From Fibrobacteria bacterium (lineage in GTDB: Bacteria > Fibrobacterota > Fibrobacteria > UBA11236), in NCBI GenBank assembly GCA_043732185.1, contig JAYTHY010000139.1, positions 1 through 47,602 of the forward strand: a stretch of DNA of 47,602 bases, in the 5' to 3' direction. Position 1 is the first letter of the stretch; each line of letters opens with the position of its first letter. Of this stretch, positions 38,795-47,602 are shown piece after piece. The position numbers and the translations under genes are program-made. Below the pieces are notes generated by a model. That model was not told the DNA's origin. It saw only the letters and a program-made list of their open reading frames with translations, and ran no database searches.

Positions 38795-40537
38795 GTGAGA
38801 ATCAGTTCGACAATCATGGTATGTGTGCTAGCTGCCGGTGGCTTATCCGCGTCATGGTCCGTTGATTTAGGCACGTACAAAGCCTGTGCGGCTACGGACT
38901 TAGATTTCAAGTCCACGCAGCTTTTTGTGGGTCCAGCCATAAGCAATGCGAACAATAGCAATGGTGTTCTAAAAATGGCCCTAGATGGCCAGGACGGTCA
39001 ACCTGCAGATGTTTATTTCATTCAGAAAATGGGCGCGGTCAAGCGGTATAACGGCAAAACCAAGACGGTGGATTCATTAGGTGTTCTTCCAGTAGATCAT
39101 TCCTTCGAGATGGGGCTTGTTGGTATTGTCCTCGACCCGGATTTCAAAACCAACCGTGTCCTTTATTTGGATTACACTTTTGTGGAAACGCCGCTGAGTT
39201 ATTCGGTAAGGGTCTCACGATTTAAACTCGGAGTAGACAATAAGCTCGACATGGCATCAGAAAAAGTGCTGCTTAAAATTCCCAGGACCGGAAATAAAAC
39301 CGACGAAATCCATTCCGGTGGTGCCATGCAATTTGACTCTTATGGGGATTTGTGGATTGCCATGGGAGATATTATGACGCTTGAATTGGGCCCAGGCAAT
39401 ACGGCTGACCTCAAAGGCGGCATACTGCGCATTCACCCTGATGACAAGGTGCCTAAGGGGTACACCATTCCCAAAGGCAACTTTGGCGAACATTTTGCCG
39501 CCAAATTTCAGGCCGCAGGGAACGCAGCATTAGCGAAGGATTATTCAGATACATCCAAGGTCAAGCCAGAAATTTATGTCAAGGGAACACGGAATGCATT
39601 CACCTTGAGCCTCGATCCAGTTCGCCGCTGGGTAACCTGGGGTGATATTGGACCGGATCAGGGTGTTAAATCCGAAGAGTACAATTTGGTGAAAGAACCC
39701 TTCTATACCGGATGGCCTTATTTTGCAGGAGTGGAAGACATGGGAGGTATTGCTTCCTATGGACATGCGGGAGTCCCTGCCGTTCCTTCCGGAACTTCTC
39801 GGCTGACTCCCATAAACAATAACCCAGCAATATTGGGTGTCCGTCAGTTGCCGGCCAACCATGATCCCATTTTCGGAAAGCCGGAAGCCTGCGCCATGTC
39901 CGGCCCCATTTTCCGCTACGATGGATCGAATACATCTACCACGCAATTCCCCCCCCAATTCGATCGCAAGTGGTTGGTGTCGGATTGCAATGGGGGATAT
40001 GGGGTGCATATTTTCACCTTAGACAGCGTAGGGGAAAAGGTTTCTGCTGAATTGAAAATTTTTGCCCAGATGCCCATTGAAACAATCGTTGATTTGAAAC
40101 AAGGTCCGGATGGGTCCTTATATTTTGTGAATTGGAACAAGGGCGTTTACCGAATCGATTATACCGGATCCTGCAAAGATCCCAGCTTGCTTCCGGAAAA
40201 AACCGGTTGTGCGGATCCAACCGCTTCGAATTATAATCCTGGTTTACCCAAGGCTTTTAATGATCAAAGATTGTGCATCGGCGGAGTGGGCATTTTGGAC
40301 GCGAGTGGAAAATTCGCCCAGGACGTATTTATTCAGTCGCAAGCCCTTTTGATTGAAGCTGCGGGACCGCATCAAGTTGAAGTGTTCGACCTTGGAGGGA
40401 GAAAGATCAAATCCTGGCAAGGACTGGGGCGCAAAAGCTACCCACTGGCACTTGTGGGCGCCAGGGGTTTCTATCATCTTCGGGTAAAAACCCCTCTTGG
40501 GGAGATGACCCGAAGAATATTCTGGATGGGACTTTAA
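38795..40537 (+). CDS. Secreted PQQ-dependent sugar dehydrogenase (GSDH family) with T9SS-like C-terminal domain
   Basis: E.GLVGIVLDPDF.TN, HSGGAMQF..GDLWIAMGD, G.ILRI.P, EIY..G.RN.F, D...GPDG.LY; GGAGG RBS before GTG 38795; tail VEVFDLGGRK...GFYHLRV. Confidence 0.85.
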   Translation: MRISSTIMVCVLAAGGLSASWSVDLGTYKACAATDLDFKSTQLFVGPAISNANNSNGVLKMALDGQDGQPADVYFIQKMGAVKRYNGKTKTVDSLGVLPVDHSFEMGLVGIVLDPDFKTNRVLYLDYTFVETPLSYSVRVSRFKLGVDNKLDMASEKVLLKIPRTGNKTDEIHSGGAMQFDSYGDLWIAMGDIMTLELGPGNTADLKGGILRIHPDDKVPKGYTIPKGNFGEHFAAKFQAAGNAALAKDYSDTSKVKPEIYVKGTRNAFTLSLDPVRRWVTWGDIGPDQGVKSEEYNLVKEPFYTGWPYFAGVEDMGGIASYGHAGVPAVPSGTSRLTPINNNPAILGVRQLPANHDPIFGKPEACAMSGPIFRYDGSNTSTTQFPPQFDRKWLVSDCNGGYGVHIFTLDSVGEKVSAELKIFAQMPIETIVDLKQGPDGSLYFVNWNKGVYRIDYTGSCKDPSLLPEKTGCADPTASNYNPGLPKAFNDQRLCIGGVGILDASGKFAQDVFIQSQALLIEAAGPHQVEVFDLGGRKIKSWQGLGRKSYPLALVGARGFYHLRVKTPLGEMTRRIFWMGL

Positions 40538-40543
40538 AAAAGA

Positions 40544-41137
40544 TTACTTGCTTTTGAAATAATCCCGAACGCCGTCGTTCGAACCTTTCATAGCCTTCTT
40601 GCCCTTGGTCCAACCGGCGGGGCAGACCTCTCCATGCGCTTCATTGTACTGCACGGCGTCCAAAAGGCGTAACGCTTCTTCAACACTACGGCCAATGGGG
40701 CGGTGGCTGACGTTTTGCGCCATGACCTTGCCTTCTTTATTGATGATAAAAGTGGCTCGGTAGGTGATGCCCACATCTTCATCGAGCACGTCATAGGCGC
40801 GGGAAATGGACTTGGTCAAATCGGCCACGATGGGGTAGGTCACGCCTTGAATACCACCGTCATTTTTGGGGGAGCGCAACCATGCTTGGTGGCTATTTAC
40901 CGAGTCAACGGATACGCCAATTACCTGTGCATTGCGGGATTCGAATTCACCCAAGGCATCTTGAAACGCATGGATTTCCGTGGGGCAGACAAAAGTAAAG
41001 TCCAAAGGATAAAAGAATAGAATGACGTATTTCTTGTCCTTGAACTGGGACAGGGAGAAATCCTTGACGGACTGATTGGGGCCGGTGGCGGCTTCGGCTT
41101 TGAAATCTGGGGCTTGTTTATTGACTAGAACGGCCAT
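40544..41137 (-). CDS. ahpC: 2-Cys peroxiredoxin (AhpC/TSA)
   Basis: FFYPLDFTFVCPTE, GVSVDS..SH, GEVCPAGW; start placed at MAVLV (41137). Confidence 0.93.
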   Translation of the reverse strand: MAVLVNKQAPDFKAEAATGPNQSVKDFSLSQFKDKKYVILFFYPLDFTFVCPTEIHAFQDALGEFESRNAQVIGVSVDSVNSHQAWLRSPKNDGGIQGVTYPIVADLTKSISRAYDVLDEDVGITYRATFIINKEGKVMAQNVSHRPIGRSVEEALRLLDAVQYNEAHGEVCPAGWTKGKKAMKGSNDGVRDYFKSK

Positions 41138-41284
41138 AGTTATACTTTCGGTTAAAGGAGTGGAAAATGATGGAGAATAATGAACCCTTAAACTAAGAAA
41201 GCCCATTCAGGCAATCAAGCGAAATTAAAAGTCGCCTTTTTAACGCACGGGCGGTTTTCGGCCGCGCTTCAAGTTAACTGCCGG

Positions 41285-42085
41285 TTAGGTGAGCCGAAGT
41301 TCAAGATAGGCTGGGGCCGATAAAACCTTGCCTGTACTCACTTTCCATCCTTCAGATTGAAGGAGTTTCGTCAGGGCATTCCATGCCCTTTGATGCTTGA
41401 AAGGCTCCCAAAACAATACCCGGCCACTCGGAGCCAGGTAGGGCTTCCAAGAGTGCAATTTTAGGGCAATCCCATAACGCTCTTCCAAAAGCAGGGGGAA
41501 ATCTGCATCTTTAACAGGGCTGTTTTCGTAAAGCAAGTCGTCTTCGTCCGAATTTACTTCGCCCAAACTATCGACGCAAAGAATCAGATCAAACGGTTCG
41601 ACAGGCGGCCTTGCAGGGGTTGGATGTTCCAAGACAGGCAAGCCTTTTCGTTCCAAAAAACCTTGTACTTCTTTGCACTGATCCTGTACCATATAGGTAA
41701 CCGAAGCATTCTGCTTCTTGATTAGGTCTGCGAGTATTCCTGCTCCGGCACCCACCTCCAATATGGACTGTGCAGGATTTACCTCTAGAGATAGCACCTG
41801 TAAAATTTGGGACAGCCTTCTGAAACGATGGCGATTGATTTCCATGTGGAGATCGTGAGAAAAAACGAAACCATAGAATTTATCCGAAGTGCTGATGCTG
41901 CGATAACCGACAAAATTGCGGTGCAAACGATTGAAAGTGTCCCAATCAGTGGGTGATAAAACGCCTTTAATAACCCTCTCGGCATCCTTCCACGTTCCCG
42001 GATTCAGGCCATAAAAAACCAACTCTTTTTCCGTGTCCACGCGTGTGCTCCCACTTAGAGTATCAGCTTTCGGTCTTTCCATCAT
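41285..42085 (-). CDS. Class I SAM-dependent methyltransferase-like protein
   Basis: ILEVGAGAG motif I; FDLILCVD; L.PSG. Confidence 0.65.
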   Translation of the reverse strand: MMERPKADTLSGSTRVDTEKELVFYGLNPGTWKDAERVIKGVLSPTDWDTFNRLHRNFVGYRSISTSDKFYGFVFSHDLHMEINRHRFRRLSQILQVLSLEVNPAQSILEVGAGAGILADLIKKQNASVTYMVQDQCKEVQGFLERKGLPVLEHPTPARPPVEPFDLILCVDSLGEVNSDEDDLLYENSPVKDADFPLLLEERYGIALKLHSWKPYLAPSGRVLFWEPFKHQRAWNALTKLLQSEGWKVSTGKVLSAPAYLELRLT

Positions 42086-42276
42086 GGACGAAAAGTATTC
42101 CTGATGGGCAATCCAATCGAGGCATAATTTACAAATGCGGACGATGGGGGAGGGCTGCTGGATTCAGTCTTATGCACTCCGACAAATTACCAAGCCTTTT
42201 GCTCTTGCCAAATGGTAAAATTCCTCCCAGAACCCTAATATTGTTCTAAATTTGCCTCAATCAGGACTGGAAGAAA

Positions 42277-44841
42277 ATGTTAAAAACGAAGCCAAAAGTC
42301 CAAAATAAAATCCACTCTGCACCTAGTTCGGGATCCACTGTAACGAAACAGGATTACGACGCAACTTCGCCGGAGGCGAAGCAAGCGAAAGAACTCTTTC
42401 AGGCCGCATTTTTCCGCCATCTTCAATTGTCTTTGGGTAAGGATAAATATTCGGCTACCGCCTATGATCGCTATCTGGCCGTATCCTACGCGGTTCGTGA
42501 TAGGCTCATTGAAAGATGGATTCAAACCCAGCATACGTATTATCGGCAAGATGTAAAGCGCATCTATTACTTGTCGATGGAATTTCTCATGGGCCGAACC
42601 TTGGGAAATGCCATTCTCAATTTGGATATGGAAGACACGGTTACCGAGGCCATGTACGATCTCAGTCTAAATTTGGAAGATGTGAGCAATATGGAGCTTG
42701 AGGCTGGTCTTGGAAATGGGGGGCTTGGCCGGCTGGCCGCGTGTTTCCTGGACTCCATGGCCACATTGCAGCTCCCCGCTTACGGATATGGCATTCGCTA
42801 CGATTACGGCATGTTCCATCAGACGATTAAAAATGGATTCCAACAGGAACACCCTGACAACTGGCTGCGCATGACCAATCCCTGGGAAATTCCCAGGCCG
42901 GAATACACGGCAGTGATACAATTTAAAGGACGGGTCATTACTCGGAAGTTGGCCCACGGCAATGTTGTATTTGAGTGGGTTGATACCGAAAATGTGCTGG
43001 CCTGTCCCTTCGACTCGCCCATTCCCGGTTACGGTAACATGACTGTTAACACGCTGAGGCTCTGGTCGGCTAAATCGGCCGATGAATTCGGACTCCATTA
43101 TTTCAACAGCGGTGATTATCTGGAAGCCAGCAAGGATATCGCTCTTGCTGAAAGTATCTCCAAGGTTCTGTATCCCAATGACACATCCATGAATGGGAAA
43201 GAACTCCGACTCAAGCAACAGTATTTCCTATGCGCGGCCACCCTGAATGATATCATTCGTCGGCATAAAAAATACCATAAGGATTGCAGCCGCTTGGCGG
43301 AAAAGGTCAGCTTGCAATTGAATGATACCCACCCGACCATTGCCATACCTGAAATGATGCGCATCTTGGTCGATTTGGAGAACTTCTCTTGGGAACAGGC
43401 CTGGGAGATCACGACGCAAGTCTTTGCCTATACCAATCATACGCTGTTGCCGGAAGCCTTGGAGAAATGGTCCGTGGACTTGCTCGGCCGCCTTTTGCCG
43501 CGACACCTCCAGATTATTTTTGAAATCAATTATCGGTTCCTGAAACAAGTGTCTTGGAAATATCCCGGTGACGTGGAACGATTGAAACGCATGTCACTGA
43601 TCGAAGAAGGCGGCAGTCGAGCCGTGCGCATGGCCTATCTAGCTATGGTTGGATCGCATTCCGTCAATGGTGTCGCGCAGCTACACACCGATTTGCTGGA
43701 AGCCCTGGTGGTGAAGGATTTCTATGATCTTACCCCGTCCAAATTCAACAACAAGACCAACGGCATCACTCCCAGACGCTGGCTGAAAAAAGCCAATCCC
43801 GGGCTTTCTGCTCTGATCACCGAATCCATCGGGGATGGCTGGGTTAAGGATTTTTCCCAAATTCGAAAATTGGAACCCTTTGCGGAAGACGCCTCCTTTG
43901 TAAAAAGGTGGCAGGAGATCAAACTCGAAAACAAACGCCAATTGGCTGAGTTCATTCGAAACAGCAAGGGCATTGAACTCAATCCGCACACCCTCTTTGA
44001 CGTGCAGATCAAGCGCATTCATGAATACAAACGGCAGACGCTCAACGTCCTGCACATTATCCATTTGTATAATGAAATCAAAGCCGGGCGCAATAAAAAC
44101 TCCGTACCCCGGACCTTTATTTTTGCTGGGAAGGCGGCTCCAGGATATTTTGTGGCTAAGCTTTGCATCAAGCTGATAAATTCCGTGGCGGATGTAGTGA
44201 ATGCCGATCCGGATACTCGGGATTTGCTCAATGTGGTATTTCTTGAGGACTACCGTGTTTCTTTGGCGGAAAGAATTTTCCCAGCCAGCGATCTTTCCGA
44301 ACAAATTTCCACGGCTGGAAAAGAGGCCAGCGGCACCGGAAATATGAAATTCTCCATCAATGGTGCATTAACAATCGGAACCTTGGATGGTGCCAATATT
44401 GAAATTCGCGAAGAGGTGGGCGCGGACAACTTCTTCCTATTTGGACTGACTGCGGACCAAGTTATGGCCAAGCGGGCTTCTGGATACAATCCACTCGAGT
44501 ATATCGACAAGGATCCCTGGTTACAAGCCGTCATGGATTTATTCCGCACCAGTTATTTCTGCCCAGAGGAGCCAAACCTTTTTAACCCGCTGCTGGATGG
44601 GCTCATTCTCAAGGATGAGTACATGCTCATGGCAGACTTCGGTGACTATGTAGCCTGCCAGGAAAAAGTTTCTGAAGTGTATCGAAATCCGGATAAGTGG
44701 ACGCATCAAGCCATTCTCAATGTGGCGCGGATGGGCAAGTTCTCATCTGACCGGACAATATTTGAGTACAACCGGGACATTTGGCATGCCAAACCCGTGC
44801 CTATTGAATTTGACGTGGGAGACGCCAGAAATGGCGGCTAG
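42277..44841 (+). CDS. glgP: Glycogen/alpha-glucan phosphorylase
   Basis: YYLSMEFLMGR, GLGNGGLGRLAAC, QLNDTHP, KRIHEYKRQ, EASGTGNMK (PLP lysine). Confidence 0.97.
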   Translation: MLKTKPKVQNKIHSAPSSGSTVTKQDYDATSPEAKQAKELFQAAFFRHLQLSLGKDKYSATAYDRYLAVSYAVRDRLIERWIQTQHTYYRQDVKRIYYLSMEFLMGRTLGNAILNLDMEDTVTEAMYDLSLNLEDVSNMELEAGLGNGGLGRLAACFLDSMATLQLPAYGYGIRYDYGMFHQTIKNGFQQEHPDNWLRMTNPWEIPRPEYTAVIQFKGRVITRKLAHGNVVFEWVDTENVLACPFDSPIPGYGNMTVNTLRLWSAKSADEFGLHYFNSGDYLEASKDIALAESISKVLYPNDTSMNGKELRLKQQYFLCAATLNDIIRRHKKYHKDCSRLAEKVSLQLNDTHPTIAIPEMMRILVDLENFSWEQAWEITTQVFAYTNHTLLPEALEKWSVDLLGRLLPRHLQIIFEINYRFLKQVSWKYPGDVERLKRMSLIEEGGSRAVRMAYLAMVGSHSVNGVAQLHTDLLEALVVKDFYDLTPSKFNNKTNGITPRRWLKKANPGLSALITESIGDGWVKDFSQIRKLEPFAEDASFVKRWQEIKLENKRQLAEFIRNSKGIELNPHTLFDVQIKRIHEYKRQTLNVLHIIHLYNEIKAGRNKNSVPRTFIFAGKAAPGYFVAKLCIKLINSVADVVNADPDTRDLLNVVFLEDYRVSLAERIFPASDLSEQISTAGKEASGTGNMKFSINGALTIGTLDGANIEIREEVGADNFFLFGLTADQVMAKRASGYNPLEYIDKDPWLQAVMDLFRTSYFCPEEPNLFNPLLDGLILKDEYMLMADFGDYVACQEKVSEVYRNPDKWTHQAILNVARMGKFSSDRTIFEYNRDIWHAKPVPIEFDVGDARNGG

Positions 44842-44873
44842 ACGATTTACCAAAGGGAGCTAAGTTAGGACTC

Positions 44874-46031
44874 GTGAACGACTTTATAATTATCAGCAAT
44901 GTTTCCGACGATCCGTTTGCCATTGATATCGGCCATATGTGCGGCCAGCCGGAGGAAATTTCGGATATCATTTCCCTTAAAGTATATGCCAACAGTGAGT
45001 TCTGCCCCCGTTTTATCAGCGACGAAAATGATACGGCGCATATCGGGACGCAGCTAACGGGCAAAACGGTTGTCATCTGTTCAGCGGCAACCAATCACAC
45101 ACGCGGCTCTTTGGCTATGCGCAATCTCATCCTCGCGCGCGCGGCCAAGGACAATGGCGCCAAGCGCGTTATTTTGGTCGAACCGGATTTGTATTTCAGC
45201 GCGCAAGATCGCGGTCCGCAACTGCATGCGGATGAAAAAGATCGAAGCCTGGCGGATCAAAAGAAATTCGATGGCCAACCGTTTACGGCCAGTTTATACG
45301 CCACTTTGCTCAAAACCGCCGGTGTGGACGTTGTCATCACTGTCCATAACCATTCCTCCAAGGTTCAAAAACTTTTCTCGGAACTTTTTGCCGGGGAATT
45401 CCACAACTTATCTCCAGCGGAACTGTATGCTGACTATATCCGTTATTCGGATATGGTGGTTACAGGTAAGTATGGTGACAACCTGGTGCTGTGCTCGCCG
45501 GATCATGGCGCAGTTCCCTTTATGAACGCCGTTTTTGAAGCCTTGGGACTTAGCAAGTGTCGACGCATTGTAATGGAAAAAGTGCGCGATGGGGAACGCA
45601 AAGTTTCCATGACGTTAAGCTCCGATTCCGAACTGACTTTGGAAGGAATCAGGGGCAAGGATGTGATTGTGCTGGATGATATGGTTCGGACCGGGTCCAC
45701 CATTGTTGAATGTTGTCGGATGCTTCGCCAGGGCAATCCCAATCGCGTTTGCTTTGGCGTCACTCATTTTCTGACTAGCGCAGAAGCCAGAGAGAATCTC
45801 AATTCGAAATTCATCGATGAAATCTTAACCTTGAATACTATTCCCGCCGTTCTCAATCGCGATTCTCAAGGCCGGTTACGAAAAAAAATCGTGGTATTGA
45901 AAATCGAAAAATGGATCGCTCGCTTTCTCTTGCATTATATGGGCCAAGATTCGCAGAAGTTCGAAAAAGATTTTTATTCCGCCGACATGTCTTCTAAAAA
46001 CCCCCGGTGGCGCCTGCCTTCACGCTACTGA
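44874..46031 (+). CDS. prs: Ribose-phosphate pyrophosphokinase, divergent
   Basis: AAKDNGAKRV, QDR, G.D.VITVHNHS, SPDHGA, K.R, G.DVIVLDDMVRTGST, TH, NTIP. Confidence 0.8.
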   Translation: MNDFIIISNVSDDPFAIDIGHMCGQPEEISDIISLKVYANSEFCPRFISDENDTAHIGTQLTGKTVVICSAATNHTRGSLAMRNLILARAAKDNGAKRVILVEPDLYFSAQDRGPQLHADEKDRSLADQKKFDGQPFTASLYATLLKTAGVDVVITVHNHSSKVQKLFSELFAGEFHNLSPAELYADYIRYSDMVVTGKYGDNLVLCSPDHGAVPFMNAVFEALGLSKCRRIVMEKVRDGERKVSMTLSSDSELTLEGIRGKDVIVLDDMVRTGSTIVECCRMLRQGNPNRVCFGVTHFLTSAEARENLNSKFIDEILTLNTIPAVLNRDSQGRLRKKIVVLKIEKWIARFLLHYMGQDSQKFEKDFYSADMSSKNPRWRLPSRY

Positions 46032-46041
46032 AAGCGAAACC

Positions 46042-46905
46042 ATGACCCAAAATCCCACGGAGACATTTCTTTTTTCCCATCGTGGAGCCCTGGGCGATTT
46101 CATAATGACCTGGCCTACTTTGGTCGCTTTACGTTGGAAATTTTCCGATCACCGATTCGTCGGTGTGGGCCGACCGGATTATCTGGCACTTGCCAAGGAA
46201 ATGGGTTTGCTTGATGAAGCAATCGACTGCGAGTCCAAGGATTTACTGCCTTTCTTCAATGGGGAAAAACTTCCAGCCCAGCTTTCCGGATTGTCTTCTG
46301 CGCTTATGTGGACGGAAGAAGACGCAAGTTTGCGGGCGTTGCTCCAACAAAAATGTACCGGCGCGTACCATATTCAGCCGGCCTTTCCTGTCAAAGGGGA
46401 TGAGCATGCCATGGATTACCATTTACAGTGTTTGCCCTATTTTTCCATGCCTGCCGTTTCTGAGGAAGATCTTTATTTTCCCATTTCCAGTCAGCGACAA
46501 AATTATGCCCTCATCCATCCTGGCTCCGGAAGTAAAGACAAAAATTACGATCCCGAGTTCTACGCCTTTCTGGCCAATGAACTTAGCAGTCGCCGCTATC
46601 CCGATACCCGCATTTTGATCGGACCTGCGGAGCAAGAACTAAAGTCGGTTTTTGAAGGTCGATTCACCATTCAAGAACCTGCAACCTGTATTGACCTAGC
46701 CAATTTGTTATCCGGAGCCGGCATTTTCATCGGCAATGACAGTGGTGTGAGCCATCTCTCCGCAATATTGGGGACCAAAACTTTGGCCTTGTTTAAAACG
46801 TCCAATGCTTCGCAATGGGGCATTCGTGGACGGGATGCGCACTGTCTTGAAGCCGCCAACGAAGCACAAGCCATGACCAGAATTCAAAAGGCCATGCAGA
46901 ACTAG
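46042..46905 (+). CDS. Glycosyltransferase family 9 (ADP-heptose:LPS heptosyltransferase-like)
   Basis: GALGDFI, IHPGSGS..KN, FIGNDSGVSHLSA.LG..T.ALF. Confidence 0.88.
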   Translation: MTQNPTETFLFSHRGALGDFIMTWPTLVALRWKFSDHRFVGVGRPDYLALAKEMGLLDEAIDCESKDLLPFFNGEKLPAQLSGLSSALMWTEEDASLRALLQQKCTGAYHIQPAFPVKGDEHAMDYHLQCLPYFSMPAVSEEDLYFPISSQRQNYALIHPGSGSKDKNYDPEFYAFLANELSSRRYPDTRILIGPAEQELKSVFEGRFTIQEPATCIDLANLLSGAGIFIGNDSGVSHLSAILGTKTLALFKTSNASQWGIRGRDAHCLEAANEAQAMTRIQKAMQN

Positions 46906-47602
46906 TCTTTCAAGCCAATTTCCTCTGGACTTAATCGTTTCACTCCCAAATTATCCAAGGAAAATGCAAGACTGCCTAGGCGGTCGGTACGAAGAATATG
47001 CGTACTGTCTCCCATAATCAATGCCAAATCAGCAATGGCTTCTGGATGTGGGTGTCCATACACGCTACTATCGCACGAAATGACTGCCCAGAGTGGGGAA
47101 ACAGCCGATAAAAAAGGCAATCCATTCGCGGTTCGTGAACCGTGATGGGCCACTTTCAAAATGTCACTATTCAAGAAACCGCCTGCGGCCAACATTCCCA
47201 TTTCACCTTCGTCACCCACATCGCCAGTTAGAAGAATGGAGTGAGAAGCATATTCCACCCGTAAAACCGAAGACAAATTGTTGCCCTGGTAGGCGGCGCG
47301 GGAATAGGGCCAAAGCGCTCGTATATGTACCTCGCCGTCCCAAATAAGCGTGTCACCGGCAAGTAGAGTTACCTTGGGCCCGGTAAAGGCGTCTAAATCG
47401 CCAAGTAATTGCAGCCAAGTGGGGTTTGAGCTTGTTCCAGCCGGTAGATACACCTTTTTAATCGGAAACTCCTTTATTGTCGCCGATAATGCACCATAAT
47501 GATCCATATCTGGATGGGAAATGAAAACCGCCGACAGCGTATCCACTTTTAATTTTCTCAGGAAATTCGAAAGCACTTCCGGGTCCTTTCCAGTATCCAC
47601 CA
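46902..47602 (-). CDS. comEC: ComEC/Rec2-like C-terminal metallo-beta-lactamase domain (gene truncated by the window edge)
   Basis: DTG, ISHPDMDHYG, NN.SSVL, LLTGD, DILKVAHHGS, VIS...YGHPH.E, LRTD..G. Confidence 0.8.
   Translation of the reverse strand, partial: VDTGKDPEVLSNFLRKLKVDTLSAVFISHPDMDHYGALSATIKEFPIKKVYLPAGTSSNPTWLQLLGDLDAFTGPKVTLLAGDTLIWDGEVHIRALWPYSRAAYQGNNLSSVLRVEYASHSILLTGDVGDEGEMGMLAAGGFLNSDILKVAHHGSRTANGLPFLSAVSPLWAVISCDSSVYGHPHPEAIADLALIMGDSTHILRTDRLGSLAFSLDNLGVKRLSPEEIGLKD

Overview
This is a 47.6-kb bacterial chromosomal window of roughly 50% GC. It is probably from an uncultured Fibrobacterota-like (FCB-group) organism; that placement is inference from the secreted proteins with T9SS-like tails, the futalosine-pathway mqnA and the divergent prs. 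Most of the window is housekeeping genes: mgsA, purE-purK, HAD-plsB-like-gpsA, an Hpt-REC-GGDEF-REC cyclase, an M23 peptidase, bcp, yyaL, hup, mqnA, transaldolase, acs, hisE-hisG, ahpC, glgP-prs-GT9, and a comEC cut by the window edge. Two accessory loci encode secreted, probably carbohydrate-active proteins. (i) About 14.8-22.7 kb: a DUF1080 protein, a decayed tandem copy of it, an orphan outer-membrane beta-barrel, a 5' remnant of a SASA esterase abutting an IS1634 transposase relic (with a frameshifting 13-bp tandem repeat), a secreted protein plus parvulin-like chaperone pair, and an intact SASA esterase. (ii) About 35.0-40.5 kb: a double FG-GAP propeller, a DUF1080 protein and a PQQ/GSDH-type dehydrogenase, possibly an exported oxidative glycoside-processing module. 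Window-wide signals are a short C-terminal (D/S)-(L/I)-x-G-(R/K) tail on secreted proteins, a recurring TAnnnT-6-8 nt-ATG (leaderless-type) gene start, and a membrane-anchored pseudokinase. I saw no rRNA, tRNA or CRISPR array. All family calls come from motif recognition; no database search was run.
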